This document shows positions 1 to 13,565 of a stretch of 64,000 bases of DNA, piece by piece. The position numbers and the translations under genes were made by a program. The stretch is from Macrostomum hystrix (lineage: Eukaryota; Animalia; Platyhelminthes), in assembly GCA_950097015.1 (NCBI GenBank), contig CATNEN010000003.1:620001-684000 (forward strand). The letters are read 5' to 3'. The notes beneath the pieces are model-generated. The model worked only from the letters and a program-made list of their open reading frames with translations. It did not search any database and had not been told where the DNA came from. The number at the start of each line of letters is the position of its first letter. Position 1 is the first letter of the stretch.

Positions 1-135
1 CCCGAATCTCAGAAATCCCGAATCTTAGAAATCTAAATTTCAGAAATCCCGAATATTCAGAATTCCCAATCCAATAAATCCCGAATCGTAAAGATCGCTT
101 AAATCTCAAATCCCCTAGTAATTTCGAAATCCCCT
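1..135. repeat. Degenerate ~16-17 bp tandem repeat (CCCGAATCTCAGAAAT-like)
   Basis: Recurrent ATCCCGAAT / CAGAAAT units at the window start. Confidence 0.6.
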
Positions 136-221
136 AGACAGATCCGGAGACCAAGTTCTCACAGCCCTAGGCTGAGCTGCCGCTCAAGTTGAATCCGCAA
201 ATAAAAACTGCTCAAGCTCAC

Positions 222-383
222 CTGCGCCCTCTTCGGTCGGGAACTGGCCGCCGGCGATAGAGCCGCGCAGATCCTCAAGTTGAGCATCCCGTCTAATTAG
301 CTCAAACACCTGGCCAGTCAGGCCGGTCAGTTCAATGAGCAGCTGCTCAGACTTCAGCACCGGATCCTCGCAGTCCATGCTGT
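222..383 (-). CDS. Internal coding exon of an unidentified gene (DSMDCEDPVLKSEQLLIELTGL...EEGA)
   Basis: Minus-strand acceptor TTTTTTCAG at 384-392 and donor GTGAG at 217-221; 162 nt, phase 1-1, open frame, GC-rich codon usage. Confidence 0.6.
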
Positions 384-489
384 CTGAAAAAATAGCAGTC
401 AGTAAGTCGGTAATGAGACTGAAAACATAGCGGATTTTATATCTTTATTTGTAAGCCTTTCGTACATGTGTTGTTAATAAGTCGACCAT

Positions 490-565
490 GACAGACAGTC
501 AGATAGACAGACAGACAAACAGACAGACAGACAGTCAGACAGACAGACAGACAAATACAGACGAC
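490..565. repeat. (GACA)n microsatellite
   Basis: Visible AGAC/GACA run. Confidence 0.9.
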
Positions 566-1046
566 TTCAATCGATCAGCTTTAGGACCCTAATCTAGTGC
601 GCAAATCTAAATTTATATTCTTCTAGCAGGCAAAAGCAGGTATTTGTCCAGATTTAGCTAACTATCCACACTGGGCCATACGCGGGGCAGCAGAGCATAG
701 CTGAGGACAGAATATAAAGCCGTGGGATAAAGGGGAGCGCAGGAGGAGGGAGGGGGAAGAGGAAGAAAGGACGAATGGAAGACAAACGCGCGCACTGCAC
801 CGACGATTCCCACGGCCTGTTCCGATCCCGAGCGCAGTCCCTGAATTCCTCCATTGCGGTTGGCTGGTCACTAACGCTACTGGCTAGGAGTGAGGGCTAG
901 AAAAAAACTTAAATGAGCGTTGGGGAGGACTGGGGATTTGGGAGACAAGCTTGCGCGAATACAGAATTCAATGATGTCCGGCGATGATAGAGATTTAATG
1001 ACCATCACAAATATCTGCAAGGTTTTAAAGAATAGTTTTTAAGAAA

Positions 1047-1855
1047 TGAGACACGGGACACGGGAGAGATGACACGGGATAGATGAGACACGGGATAGAT
1101 GAGACACGGGAGAGATAAGAGACGGGATAGATGAGACACGGGATAGATAAGACACGGGAGATATGAGACACGGGAGAGATAAGAGACGGGATAGATGAGA
1201 CACGGGATAGATAAGACACGGGATAGATAAGACACGGGAGAGATGAGACACGTGATAGATAAGATACGGGATAGATAAGACACGGGATAGATGAGACACG
1301 GGAGAGATAAGACACGGGATAGATAAGACACGGGATAGATAAGACACGGGAGAGATAAGAGACGGGATAGATAAGACACGGGAGAGATAAGAGACGGGAT
1401 AGATGAGACACGGGATAGATAAGACACGGGATAGATAAGACACGGGATAGATGAGACACGTGATAGATAAGATACGGGATAGATAAGACACGGGATAGAT
1501 GAGAGACGGGATAGATGAGACACGGGATAGATAAGACACGGGATAGATGAGACACGGGATAGATAAGACACGGGAGAGATAAGACACGGGATAGATAAGA
1601 CACGGGATAGATGAGACACGGGAGAGATAAGACACGGGATAGATAAGACACGGGATAGATAAGACACGGGAGAGATAAGAGACGGGATAGATGAGACACG
1701 GGAGAGATAAGACACGGGATAGATAAGGCACGGGATAGATAAGAGACGGGATAGATGAGACACGGGAGAGATAAGAGACGGGATAGATAAGACACGGGAT
1801 AGATGAGACACGGGATAGATAAGACACGGGATAGATAAGACACGGGAGAGATAAG
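1047..1855. repeat. 16-bp minisatellite (GACACGGGATAGATAA), ~50 units
   Basis: Directly visible; it generates the repetitive minus-strand ORFs. A degenerate inverted relative lies at ~32560-32800. Confidence 0.95.
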
Positions 1856-2234
1856 CAAAGTTTTCGCGCTTGCAAAAGTGCACAGCTTTTTTGAGTATGA
1901 CCAAAATGTTAGACTAATTTTCTATCTGCTGTATCTGTTCCAGCTCGGTAAAGTCTTGGAGATTGTCCGATATTTAGAGCGACAAAATTTCTCGAGGGAA
2001 GCTGACTATTATATTATTTATTTCGAATTGTGCAACGAAATGATCATAACACTTGCAAAGAAAGCACTTTAAACAACCATTGGGATCAAACAAAATGACA
2101 AAAAACAATACTTCCCATTTACAAGTAGCAAGGGTGCTTTGACGTGGCGGTAAAGTCCCACGGGAAAATGACACCACTAATTGACCTATATCGGATAAAT
2201 GATCTCAATAGCGTAGATTGATCCGTATTTCTAA

Positions 2235-2306
2235 GGAGGCTGTAGCCTAGCGGTTAGAGTATCGGAATCACGACTTGAAGGTCGGGGGTTCGATTCACGA
2301 CTCCAG
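2235..2306 (+). mobile_element. tRNA-derived SINE head (Pol III A and B boxes)
   Basis: TAGCCTAGCGG A-box and GGTTCGATTC B-box; the same head recurs at ~4228 (+) and ~14430-14494 (-). Confidence 0.75.
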
Positions 2307-3860
2307 TGGAACAAATTGTGCCTAATACATAAAACACTTTTTATGCATCTGCAAAATATTTTCCTGCTAGTAGTGTTAAAATGACAGACTAAAGAACTTT
2401 CTATTTTAGTTCTTAACGATCAGTTTTAACGGAGTTTTAATTAACGATACAAAATAACGACGCCCCACCACTAATAGCGAATTGTGTGATTTAAAAAGGC
2501 AGATTTTTTCACAGCAGAGAAATTGCGATAGAATGGAATGAAACCAGAGTTTCGTTACACACATATATATATATATATAATATTATATCATATTAATATC
2601 GATATGCTTATCTGCAACTTCTCATCGCGTGAGCAGATCGGATTCCAGGAAAAAAGCCGCAGTTAGAAATGTAACACCGCCTACTCAGCGACTCTGGCTA
2701 GTTTAGAAATCTGCGATCGTCAGCAACTGCAAATTAGAGTTCTTGTGCACAAGAATTCCTTTATAGTAGCTTACCCTTAGTAATAGACAAGAAAGTAACG
2801 AAATAAAAAAGTAACGTCGTTGTCGTTACTTTTTAAGTTACTCATTTTTTGTAGAAAATAGCTCGTATTTTTATTTTGATTCCGCGGCTAGGCTACATTC
2901 ATTTGGGGCGCAGCCGCAGAGAGAAGGCTTGGGGGCTTGTCGTGCAATTTACTTCCTTGAAGGCCAACCTCCAAGGCACAATGTGTACAGTGTGATAGTG
3001 TACACTGCCTGACGATGAGAAAGTGAGGGCAGATGTACAAATTTTTTATTCTAATAACGGTAACGGTGAATGTAAAATAGTACCTATAGTAACTAGTCAT
3101 CATTGAGTTAATGACCAGCCACAGCCACAAAGCAATAGACCCCAGTTACCAACCACACTAGGGCCGAGCATAAAGAAGCAAAAATCCGGGCAGACAGAAG
3201 ACAGTTGAGCAGTACAGGCACGCCCAGTCAAATGCGAGAGACAATGCGCTTTTTTGATTTTCCGATGACCATCAATAAGCGGGGATGATTATGACTAGAT
3301 GATTGATGACAAGACAGTACTCAGTACTACATATATAGTCTCCACCTCTGTGTCTCACTCTATCACTGCACCAAAGAAATATGAGACTCCCACACGGGGA
3401 TGGAATAAACAGCATTCATAATGCACTATATATAATCCCGGCCATGAGTCAAGCTCTCTTGTCAGTTCAAAGGCCCTGTTGGCTATAATGCTTAATATGT
3501 GATTTTGTCAATTTTACACAATTTTTCTTTTTTTATATTTTAATCTGATTAGGCAAGCAGTATTGCGTCGCGCACAATTTGATTGTCGAGATTTCTGCAA
3601 CCAAATTGCCTGAACAGATGAGCTGTGGCTAAAACCTACTAGCCAATCTAATAGCACTAGATGCAGGCTCTCAGGTCACTCTAGAGGGAATCTTTATGAC
3701 GCAAAACGCAGGTAGCTTTAGGCTGCTCAAACACACACAATCTGGGGTAGTTGCTGGGTAGGATTAGGGTAAAACATGGTGATAGGTTAGCTGGCTAATA
3801 AATTAGAGCCTGCTCTTATACCTAGACCAGAAAGTCGTGTAACCCCAAAGGACCACAATA

Positions 3861-3901
3861 GCATCAGCATCAGCATCAGCAGCAGCAGCAGCAGCAGCAG
3901 C
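3861..3901. repeat. (GCATCA)n/(GCA)n microsatellite
   Basis: Visible. Confidence 0.9.
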
Positions 3902-4227
3902 GGATACACTATTTGCTTTAATTAAGCCAATAGCTGAGATGTCAGATGTCAGAATGCGTGGGCGGTAGTAGCAGCTGAAACAGGACAGCAGGGTAAGTGT
4001 TAGCCAGCTAAGCTTATCTACGGCGAACACGCCGGATTCTGTGCCAAACCCAGTTGGTGCATTGGCACTGTGTACTGCACTCTAATGAAACACTCCAGCT
4101 TACAATTGCTAGGGGGGTACACGGGACCGATGGCAAGTCTATCCGTCTATTTTAAGCCGATCAGAAGTCAAAATAATCCTTCTATCAGCCATTCTTAGCT
4201 TATTACGAGCTAAATTTCTAAAGGCGT

Positions 4228-4450
4228 TGAAGGTCGGGGGTTCGATTCCGGACTCCATTAAAAATCTTATTTTCCGTTAGCTCTTTACCTTAACAATTTA
4301 ATTCTGCATTGCTTCAGTTCACCCAGCTCTTAAATTAATACCAGCATTAGCTGAGGTAATTGAGGGTGGGTATGGCGTCCCCCAGTCCATGGACTGAACA
4401 GCCGCACACAGAAGCGCCGCGCAATAGCAGCTACTGTGCTTTATAGTGTT
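4228..4450 (+). mobile_element. 5'-truncated tRNA-derived SINE copy
   Basis: TTGAAGGTCGGGGGTTCGATTC B-box region identical to the 2270s copy; body contains GCATTGCTTCAGTTCAC and the palindrome CAGTCCATGGACTG shared with other copies. Confidence 0.75.
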
Positions 4451-4744
4451 TTATCAGTTGTATCTAGAAACAAACACTACCGCAGTTCCGCAAAGCAGAC
4501 CAGATCCGTTTCGTTACAAAGGCCAAGTCAAGCATTAGATTAATTGAAAAGTCAGACCCAACTATAATCAAGCTACTCGCTGACGGACTTTGTCACGATA
4601 GGCACTGAAGAGTCAAAGCGTAGCTTTCATCCACTAAATTTGTAGGGTTTCAGATCAATCGATGGACTCGAAGGACAACACAAAACCATACAGATGAAAT
4701 GTACAGTTTACCCAAGGAAACAGAAACTAAAAATCATTTCTGCA

Positions 4745-5930
4745 TTCTGCATTCCACACCCTGATTCTAGACATCCATTCTGCATTCCACACCCTGAATC
4801 TAGACATCCATTCTGCATTCCACACCCTGAATCTAGACATCCATTCTGCATTCCACACCCTGAATCTAGACATCCATTCTGCATTCCACACCCTGAATCT
4901 AGACATCCATTCTGCATTCCACACCCTGAATCTAGACATCCATTCTGCATTCCACACCCTGAATCTAGACATCCATTCTGCATTCCACACCCTGAATCTA
5001 GACATCCATTCTGCATTCCACACCCTGAATCTAGACATCCATTCTGCATTCCACACCCTGATTCTAGACATCCATTCTGCATTCCACACCCTGAATCTAG
5101 ACATCTTTTCTGCATTCCACACCCTGAATCTAGACATCCATTCTGCATTCCACACCCTGAATCTAGACATCCATTCTGCATTCCACACCCTGAATCTAGA
5201 CATCCATTCTGCATTCCACACCCTGAATCTAGACATCCATTCTGCATTCCACACCCTGAATCTAGACATCTATTCTGCATTCCACACCCTGAATCTAGAC
5301 ATCCATTCTGCATTCCACACCCTGAATCTAGACATCCATTCTGCATTCCACACCCTGATTCTAGACATCCATTCTGCATTCCACACCCTGAATCTAGACA
5401 TCCATTCTGCATTCCACACCCTGAATCTAGACATCTATTCTGCATTCCACACCCTGAATCTAGACATCTATTCTGCATTCCACACCCTGAATCTAGACAT
5501 CTATTCTGCATTCCACACCCTGAATCTAGACATCTATTCTGCATTCCACACCCTGAATCTAGACATCTATTCTGCATTCCACACCCTGAATCTAGACATC
5601 TATTCTGCATTCCACACCCTGAATCTAGACATCCATTCTGCATTCCACACCCTGAATCTAGACATCTATTCTGCATTCCACACCCTGAATCTAGACATCT
5701 ATTCTGCATTCCACACCCTGAATCTAGACATCCATTCTGCATTCCACACCCTGAATCTAGACATCCATTCTGCATTCCACACCCTAAATCTAGACATCCA
5801 TTCTGCATTCCACACCCTGAATCTAGACATCCATTCTGCATTCCACACCCTGAATCTAGACATCCATTCTGCATTCCACACCCTGAATCTAAACATATAT
5901 TCTGAATCTTTCACCCTAAATCTATACATA
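4745..5930. repeat. 33-bp minisatellite (TTCTGCATTCCACACCCTGAATCTAGACATCCA), ~35 units
   Basis: Highly homogeneous tandem array; explains the FCIPHPESRHP repeat ORF. Confidence 0.95.
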
Positions 5931-6319
5931 CAGTTTGAATATCATCAAGAATCTAATCTCCGATATAGAATCTCTCATCAAGAATCTAATCTCCGATTCA
6001 GAATCTCTCATCATGAATTTTGTCTCCGATCCTGTCTCTACTTTCTATTTTAGATCACAAAGCAGACATGTTTAAGATAATTAATCGATTTTCAAAAGAC
6101 AAGACTTTTCAATTTCGTCAAAGCTGATTTGAAACACAAGAAACCGTTTACGGTACACACCTGAAGTCAATTCCGGGCAGTCTTTTAGCATTAGTTGGGC
6201 GTCCTAAAACAGTATAGCGAGACAATTTTCGACATTTTTTGAATTCGAAAGCTTCATGTGGAGACTGATAGACAACTAAGACTGGCTCATTAAAAGTACA
6301 TTTCACCTGTTCCTTGGCA

Positions 6320-6962
6320 CATCCCCCATATTCACCAGTCTCTCCCTCCGTCTCTACTCTCCCATATTTATCTGTCTCTATTCTCCCCTATTCACCTGTC
6401 TCTATTCTCCCATAGCTCGTATTTACCTGTCTCTATTCTCCCATATTTACCTGTCTCTATTCTCCCATATTTACCTGTCTCTATTCTCCCATATTTACCT
6501 GTCTCTATTCTCCCATATTTACCTGTCTCTATTCTCCCATATTTATCTGTCTCTATTCTCCCATATTTACCTGTCTCTATTCTCCCATAGCTCGTACTCG
6601 TATTTACCTGTCTCTATTCTCCCATATTTATCTGTCTCTATTCTCCCATATTTACCTGTCTCTATTCTCCCATAGCTCGTATTTACCTGTCTCTATTCTC
6701 CCATATTTACCTGTCTCTATTCTCCCATATTTACCTGTCTCTATTCTCCCATATTTACCTGTCTCTATTCTCCCATATTTATCTGTCTCTATTCTCCCAT
6801 ATGTACCTGTCTCTATTCTCCCATATTTATCGGTCTTTATTATCCCATATTCACCTGTCTCTATTCTCCTATATTTATGTCTTTATTATCCCACATTCAC
6901 CTGTCTCTATTCTCCCATATTTATGTCTCTATTCTCCCATATTTACCTGTCTCTCACTCTCC
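6320..6962. repeat. 24-bp minisatellite (ATTTACCTGTCTCTATTCTCCCAT)
   Basis: Visible tandem array. Confidence 0.95.
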
Positions 6963-7786
6963 CGTCCCAGTTATTTTTTAGGATCTAAAGTACAAACAAT
7001 GCAAATAGAATCCCAGTTCTATAGGTCGCAGACACTGCAGCACTACAATTGTTAAATAGTTCGAGGCATTGCGAATTGATTCTAGCATATATCAGTTTAC
7101 TAAATCAGAATTCACAGCTCTGGTACCCATCACAACTTTGCCGCTTACCAGCGTTATTCTCATGGGGGGAAGTCATTATTAACGGCCTGGTGGTCAGGGC
7201 CCAAATCCCCAATTCAAATTAGCACTTGATCAGCTGCAGTAGATAGTAACAAAATACGAGGTATATCAGCCAACTAAGAGAGAAAGTGGGAGGAGACGCA
7301 GATCTGATCGACGGAGGGACGAGTTGCTAGGGGGGGGGGCGTGGACGAGAAGGAAAGTAAAATTTCTTGGAGAAAATTTCTAGATAAGACACACAGCATG
7401 CTGGGAATAAGCAAGTAAGTCGAGTTACTCATTTCTAAAGCATAGCAACTGTAGTTAATGCTACTAATAACATTAAGCCGGAACAGAACTGAAATGCTTG
7501 AAAATTGAAGAGAGAATCCCATTACAGACGAGAAAATTTTTAAATTAATAAAGTCCGCAACTCAAATGCCAGGCTCTATCTTTTAATCAGCTATTCATTC
7601 ATGATTTTCCTCATTTTATCTGCTGCTAATGCTGGACACGAACGGGCTAAGAATTAGCTAACGACCAAGTTCTGAAGAATTTCACCGCATCACGACTGCT
7701 AATCCATATTGGAAAAATGCAAAATTCATATTTCATCTAATCGGCTTAGATAAATTCTCTGAATAATTCTAATCTAGGTCAACAAC

Positions 7787-9518
7787 AGGGTGCGAGATTC
7801 AGGATAGAATGTGGGATTTAGGGTGCGAGATTCAGGATAGAATGTGGGATTTAGGGTAAGAGATTCAGGATAGAATGTGGGATTTAGGGTGAGAGATTCA
7901 GAATAGAATGTGGGATTTAGGGTGAGAGATTCAGAATAGAATGTGGGATTTAGGGTAAGAGATTCAGGATAGAATGTGGGATTTAGGGTAAGAGATTCAG
8001 GATAGAATGTGGGATTTAGGGTAAGAGATTCAGAATAGAATGTGGGATTTAGGGTAAGAGATTCAGGATAGAATGTGGGAGTTAGGGTAAGAGATTCAGG
8101 ATAGAATGTGGGATTTAGGGTGCGAGATTCAGGATAGAATGTGGGATTTAGGGTAAGAGATTCAGGATAGAATGTGGGATTTAGGGTAAGAGATTCAGAA
8201 TAGAATGTGGGATTTAGGGTAAGAGATTCAGGATAGAATGTGGGATTTAGGGTAAGAGATTCAGGATAGAATGTGGGATTTAGGGTGAGAGATTCAGAAT
8301 AGAATGTGGGATTTAGGGTGAGAGATTCAGAATAGAATGTGGGATTTAGGGTAAGAGATTCAGGATAGAATGTGGGATTTAGGGTAAGAGATTCAGGATA
8401 GAATGTGGGATTTAGGGTAAGAGATTCAGAATAGAATGTGGGATTTAGGGTAAGAGATTCAGGATAGAATGTGGGATTTAGGGTAAGAGATTCAGGATAG
8501 AATGTGGGATTTAGGGTGAGAGATTCAGAATAGAATGTGGGATTTAGGCTGAGATATTAAGAATAGAATGTGAGATTCGAGTGAGAGATTCAGAATAGAA
8601 TGTGGGATTTAGGGTGAGAGATTCAGGATAGAATTTGGGATTTAGGGTAAGAGATTCAGGATAGAATGTGGGATTTAGGGTAAGAGATTCAGAATAGAAT
8701 GTGGGATTTAGGGTAAGAGATTCAGGATAGAATGTGGGATTCAGGGTGAGAGACTCGGAATAGAATGTGAGATCCAGAGTGAGAGACTCGGAATAGAATG
8801 TGAGATTCAGAGTGAGAGACTCGGAATAGAATGTGAGATTCAGGTGAGATATTTAGGATAGACGATTCAATTCAGGGTGGGAGATTCAGAATAGAATGTG
8901 AGATTCAGGTGAGATATTTAGGATAGACGATTCAATTCAGGGTGGGAGATTCAGAATAGAATATGAGATTCAGGGTGAGGGATTCAGAATAGAATGTGAG
9001 ATTCAGGGTGAGAGACTCGGAATAGAATGTGAGATTCAGGGTGAGGGATTCAGAATAGAATGTGAGATTCAGGGTGAGAGACTCGGAATAGAATGTGAGA
9101 TTCAGAGTGAGAGACTCGGAATAGAATGTGAGATTCAGAGTGAGAGACTCGGAATAGAATGTGGGATTCAGAGTGAGAGACTCAGAATAGAATGTGGGAT
9201 TCAGAGTGAGAGACTCAGAATAGAATGTGGGATTCAGGGTGAGAGACTCGGAATAGAATGTGGGATTCAGTGTGAGAGACTCGGAATAGAATGTGAGATT
9301 CAGAGTGAGAGACTCGGAATAGAATGTGAGATTCAGAGTGAGAGACTCAGAATAGAATGTGAGATTCAGAGTGAGAGACTCAGAATAGAATGTGAGATTC
9401 AGGGTGAGAGACTCAGAATAGAATGTGAGATTCAGTGTGAGAGACTCGGAATAGAATGTGAGATTCAGAGTGAGAGACTCGGAATAGAATGTGAGATTCA
9501 GAGTGAGAGACTCAGAAT
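7787..9518. repeat. 33-bp minisatellite with two variant blocks (GGGTAAGAGATTCAGGATAGAATGTGGGATTTA, then GAGTGAGAGACTCGGAATAGAATGTGAGATTCA)
   Basis: Visible tandem array; unit type shifts near 8750. Confidence 0.95.
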
Positions 9519-10053
9519 AAACGTTACTTTCAAGCGGATGCGAGTTCCACTAGCCTAGAACCGGTCTCCCATCAAATCCCATGGGACTTTGTGTGCCGAT
9601 TTCATCCCGCTCACCCCTGTTAATCCTTTAAAAGTCGGGTTTAAAGGAACCAGTTCTCGCACCGCTAGGTCGCGAAGCATCGATAAGATGAACTAGACGA
9701 ACAAGGGTGTTGCAGAATGATGGTGCAGTGCAGTACAATGCAGTACTGTTCGATATTAGTGCATCGGCAGTGTTCTATAATTATTCCGTCCTGTGATCAG
9801 TACTAAAGCGCTATTTCCTTGCTTTGGCCCACAAGCCGCAGCGAAAGAGAAATATTTCTCTAGCAGAGTTTAAGGGGAAATTCCTAGCGGCTAAAAATCA
9901 CCAACCTTCACAGCAGAAACGTGCCCTCTTCACTATTGAATTAACAATTTCTAAGCTGCAAAACTGAGCTGTAACAATCACACAGATTTTTCTAGGAAAT
10001 GCAAGTTCATTTTAGAGAGTTTTGATCCTAAAAAAGCCTTTGAAAAGACATAG

Positions 10054-10245
10054 AGTGAATATGGATTTCAGTGAATATGGATTTCAGTGAATATGGATTT
10101 CAGTGAATTCAGATTTTAGTTAATATGGATTTCAGTGAATATGGATTTCAGTGAATATGGATTTCAGTGAATATGGATTTCAGTGAATATGGATTTCAGT
10201 GAATATGGATTTCAGTGAATATGGATTTCAGTGAATATGGATTTG
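10054..10245. repeat. 16-bp minisatellite (CAGTGAATATGGATTT)
   Basis: About 12 visible units. Confidence 0.95.
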
Positions 10246-11049
10246 GGATATTAGTGCATTGGGACTTTAGCGGATGGTATTTTAAGGTGATGTGATTTCG
10301 GTGAAGTATTTATTTATATTAGCTACTTCGCAGTGAAAGTAATTTCAGTGAGTAGTGATTTCATTCAATTGGATTTCACTGTGTGGCAGATCTGATTTCT
10401 GTGATTTTGTTGTATTTTAGGTCAGACAAAAATTTCCAACGTCGTCATTCTCCGTAGAAGTAATTTCAGGACAAAGGAGAAAGCTGGCGGCAGTTCTACT
10501 ACAGCTAGTAACTGACTGAAATTGAACAAATTAAAACGACGGAGCAGAGTAGAAGACCAAGTTGCGGAAGGAAATGATAAAGAAATTAAAAGCAAATACT
10601 GTCAGAGAGTTGCGTCTGAAGTTTCTAGTCACCAACCAGCGAACTCACCCAGCGAACTTCGCAATCCGGGCTTGAAGTCGGGGCTTGGTCGAATGGGCGA
10701 AGAGATTTGCGCAATTTGGGAGACGAAAGCGAAATTAAAGTTCGTTTACACTTGGTCATCGATGACGGACAAGTAAAAAAAGCTGCTGGTCGGCCCGCGT
10801 GGAATGTCTGCAGATTAGTTTTGGATTCGTTTTTTACTATCCAAGTTTACTTTCACCTTAAATATAATAGAGAAAATGATATTGGCAGCGAAGTGGAAGG
10901 AAGTTTAGAAAATAGGACTGCACATTTGCATGGTTGAAACCAAAAGTAAATAAAATCAAAGACAGACAGAAAATAATGAATATTTAAAATTGATGCAGTC
11001 TTAAAACTCAGAAAACACAGACTAAAAATATATTTGGAGACAGATGGTA

Positions 11050-11817
11050 TACAGGGTGAGAATACAGGGGACAACGGGTGTGAATAGGGGGAAGACAAAG
11101 GCAGACAGGGGGTGAGAATACAGGTGACAGGGGAGAGAATAGGGGGAAGACAGGGGGTGAGAATGCAGGGGGGAAGACATGGGGTGAGAATACAGGGGGA
11201 GGAAAGGAGAGAATACAGGGGAGAGGATACAGGGGAGAGGACAGGGGGTGAGAATACAAGGGAAGACTGGGGGTGAGAATACAAGGGGAGGAAAGGAGAG
11301 AATACAGGGAAAGGGGTGTGAATAAGGGAGAAGACAGGGGAAGAGTGGGGTGAGAATACAGGGGGAAGACAGGGGGTTAGAATACAGGGGAGAGAATAGG
11401 GTGAAGACAGGGGGTGAGAATGCAGGGGGGGAAGACATGGGGTGAGAATACAGGGGGAGGAAAGGAGAGAATACAGTGGAGAGGATACAGGGGAGAGGAC
11501 AGGGGGTGAGAATACAAGGGAAGACTGGGGGTGAGAATACAAGGGGAGGAAAGGAGAGAATACAGGGAAAGGGGTGTGAATAAGGGAGAAGACAGGGGAA
11601 GAGTGGGGGTGAGAATACAGGGGAAGACAGGGGGTTAGAATACAGGGGAGAGGACAGAGGGTGAGAATACAATCGAAGACAGGGGGTGAGAATACAGGGG
11701 AGAGGACAGGGGGTGAGAATACAGGGGAGAGGACAGGGGGTGAGAATACAAGGGGAAGACAGGGGTAAGAATAAGGGGGAAGACAGGGGGTGAGAATACA
11801 GGGGGAGGTAGGGGTGG
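11050..11817. repeat. G-rich ~26-28 bp minisatellite (GGGGGTGAGAATACAGGGGAGAGGACA)
   Basis: Visible degenerate array with a higher-order ~245-bp duplication. Confidence 0.9.
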
Positions 11818-12982
11818 CGATAAAGCACACAGAAACTGGGTCAGAGACACTTAACCATGTTTTATCTTTCTTTATTTTTTGAAAAATTAGTTTATATAAT
11901 GTTTATAAAATTAAAAAACAAGTTTAACGGTGTCTTTAAATAAAATAAAGAATACGAAAAGTCATAAATATTGCTGTGCTGAAGTGTCTTTATAAACGTA
12001 TATAAATATGATGATTGCTGTCAAATAAAACAAAACTTACTGAATTTAAATCTTGATAGGCTGGAATTTAACTCATTCAGTTTATTGTTGAATAAAAGTT
12101 TTAGCGATATTATTCAATATTTATAACATTTGTATGCTTTATAAGGAACAATATTATATCCATAAAGCGTTAATTAATTTAATAACTGAATTTGAAATTT
12201 AGCTTTTATCAAACAGAAACCATTAGTTTAAGGAATCAAGTGGATAGATAGGAACACTGGCTAATAAAATATAATAGTATGATAGAAATCATATTCAGAA
12301 AAAGAACTAATAAGGAAACAAGAATGATGGAATGAATACTTTAAATATATTGATTTCATTTTCTTTATTGGCAGACAGAAAACACTGAAGGAATCATGAA
12401 GCATGGAATTATAATTTAGTTCTTAACAAACAAAAATAGCATGAAATGACATTTAATTCATAGGGTATCTTTTTAATTCAAGACAAAGTAGGTCAATTAT
12501 TTGATTGTTCTAGAGTAGTACATATTCTCAGCTTTACTACTGACTGAATATAGAGTAGTAGCATGCGACTCTGCGTACAATAATTCTCGCAATAAATTTG
12601 AATTAATCAAACGAGATGGAAAATCACATCGAGATGGATTTCACTGGGCGGAACAGCAAACACGTGCGTAGATACGGCGCACACGATTTCCAAAGGGTTA
12701 ATTAATGCGAAAGCTGCAATTAGTTTCTGCATATCAAAGTTATTAATCGCGTCTATTCAGCAGGTTAAGTTGTAATTTTTTAACACAAAAACGTTTTTTA
12801 ACACTTTATTAGTTTTTTTTAGCGCGATTTTTATATAAAAATTAAATACGGTTTAAGTTTCTAGATAACATAAATAATTCCAGAGTATAGCTCGGAAGCA
12901 TGCACAGCCTTATATACACTGGAGTACGAAGCAAGGTGAAATTAATTAACTAATGTTACCCCAAATTTTTCTTTTATCAGAA

Positions 12983-13565
12983 CTAGTGTACATTTGAGGT
13001 GAGAGAATTTTAGCTGGCCTTTCTCAAGGCTAGCGTACATTTGGGGTGTGAGAATTTTAGCTGGCCTTTCTCAAGGCTAGCGTACATTTGGGGTGTGAGA
13101 ATTTTAGCTGGCCTTTCTCCGGGCTAGCGTACATTTGGGGTAAGAGAATTCTAGCTGGCCTTTCTCCGGGCTAGTGTACATTTGGGGTAAGATAATTTTA
13201 GCTGGCCTTTCTCAAGGCTAGCGTACATTTGGGGTGTGAGAATTTTAGCTGGCCTTTCTCCGGGCTAGCGTACATTTGGGGTAAGAGAATTCTAGCTGGC
13301 CTTTCTCCGGGCTAGTGTACATTTGGGGTAAGATAATTTTAGCTGGCCTTTCTCAAGGCTAGTGTACATTTTAGGATGAGAGAATTTTAGCTGGCCTTTC
13401 TCAGGGCTAGCGTACATTTTGGGATGAGAGAATTTTAGCTGGCCTTTCTCAGGGCTAGTGTACATTTTGGGATAAGAGAATTTTAGCTGGCGCGGAGCTA
13501 GTGTATTACTACATTTGGGGTGAGACAATTCTAGTGGGCCTTCCTCGGGGAAAGTGTACATTTGG
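12983..13565. repeat. 47-48 bp minisatellite (GCTAGCGTACATTTGGGGTGTGAGAATTTTAGCTGGCCTTTCTCAAG)
   Basis: About 12 visible units. Confidence 0.95.

Noticed and set aside
1005-1904. Three overlapping 277-299 aa ORFs
   Set aside because: Translations of a 16-bp minisatellite that lacks stops on one strand
2235-2306. Functional tRNA gene
   Set aside because: Anticodon and T stems pair poorly, and the same head is attached to a SINE body elsewhere
4694-5929. 403-aa and 388-aa Cys/His-rich repeat ORFs (metallothionein-like appearance)
   Set aside because: A 33-bp unit without stops gives ORFs on both strands; no splice signals or unique coding flanks
7787-8740. Interstitial telomeric repeat
   Set aside because: Only one TTAGGG per 33-bp unit, never tandem
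10853-11850. Pro-rich (extensin-like) ORFs
   Set aside because: Antisense reading of the G-rich minisatellite
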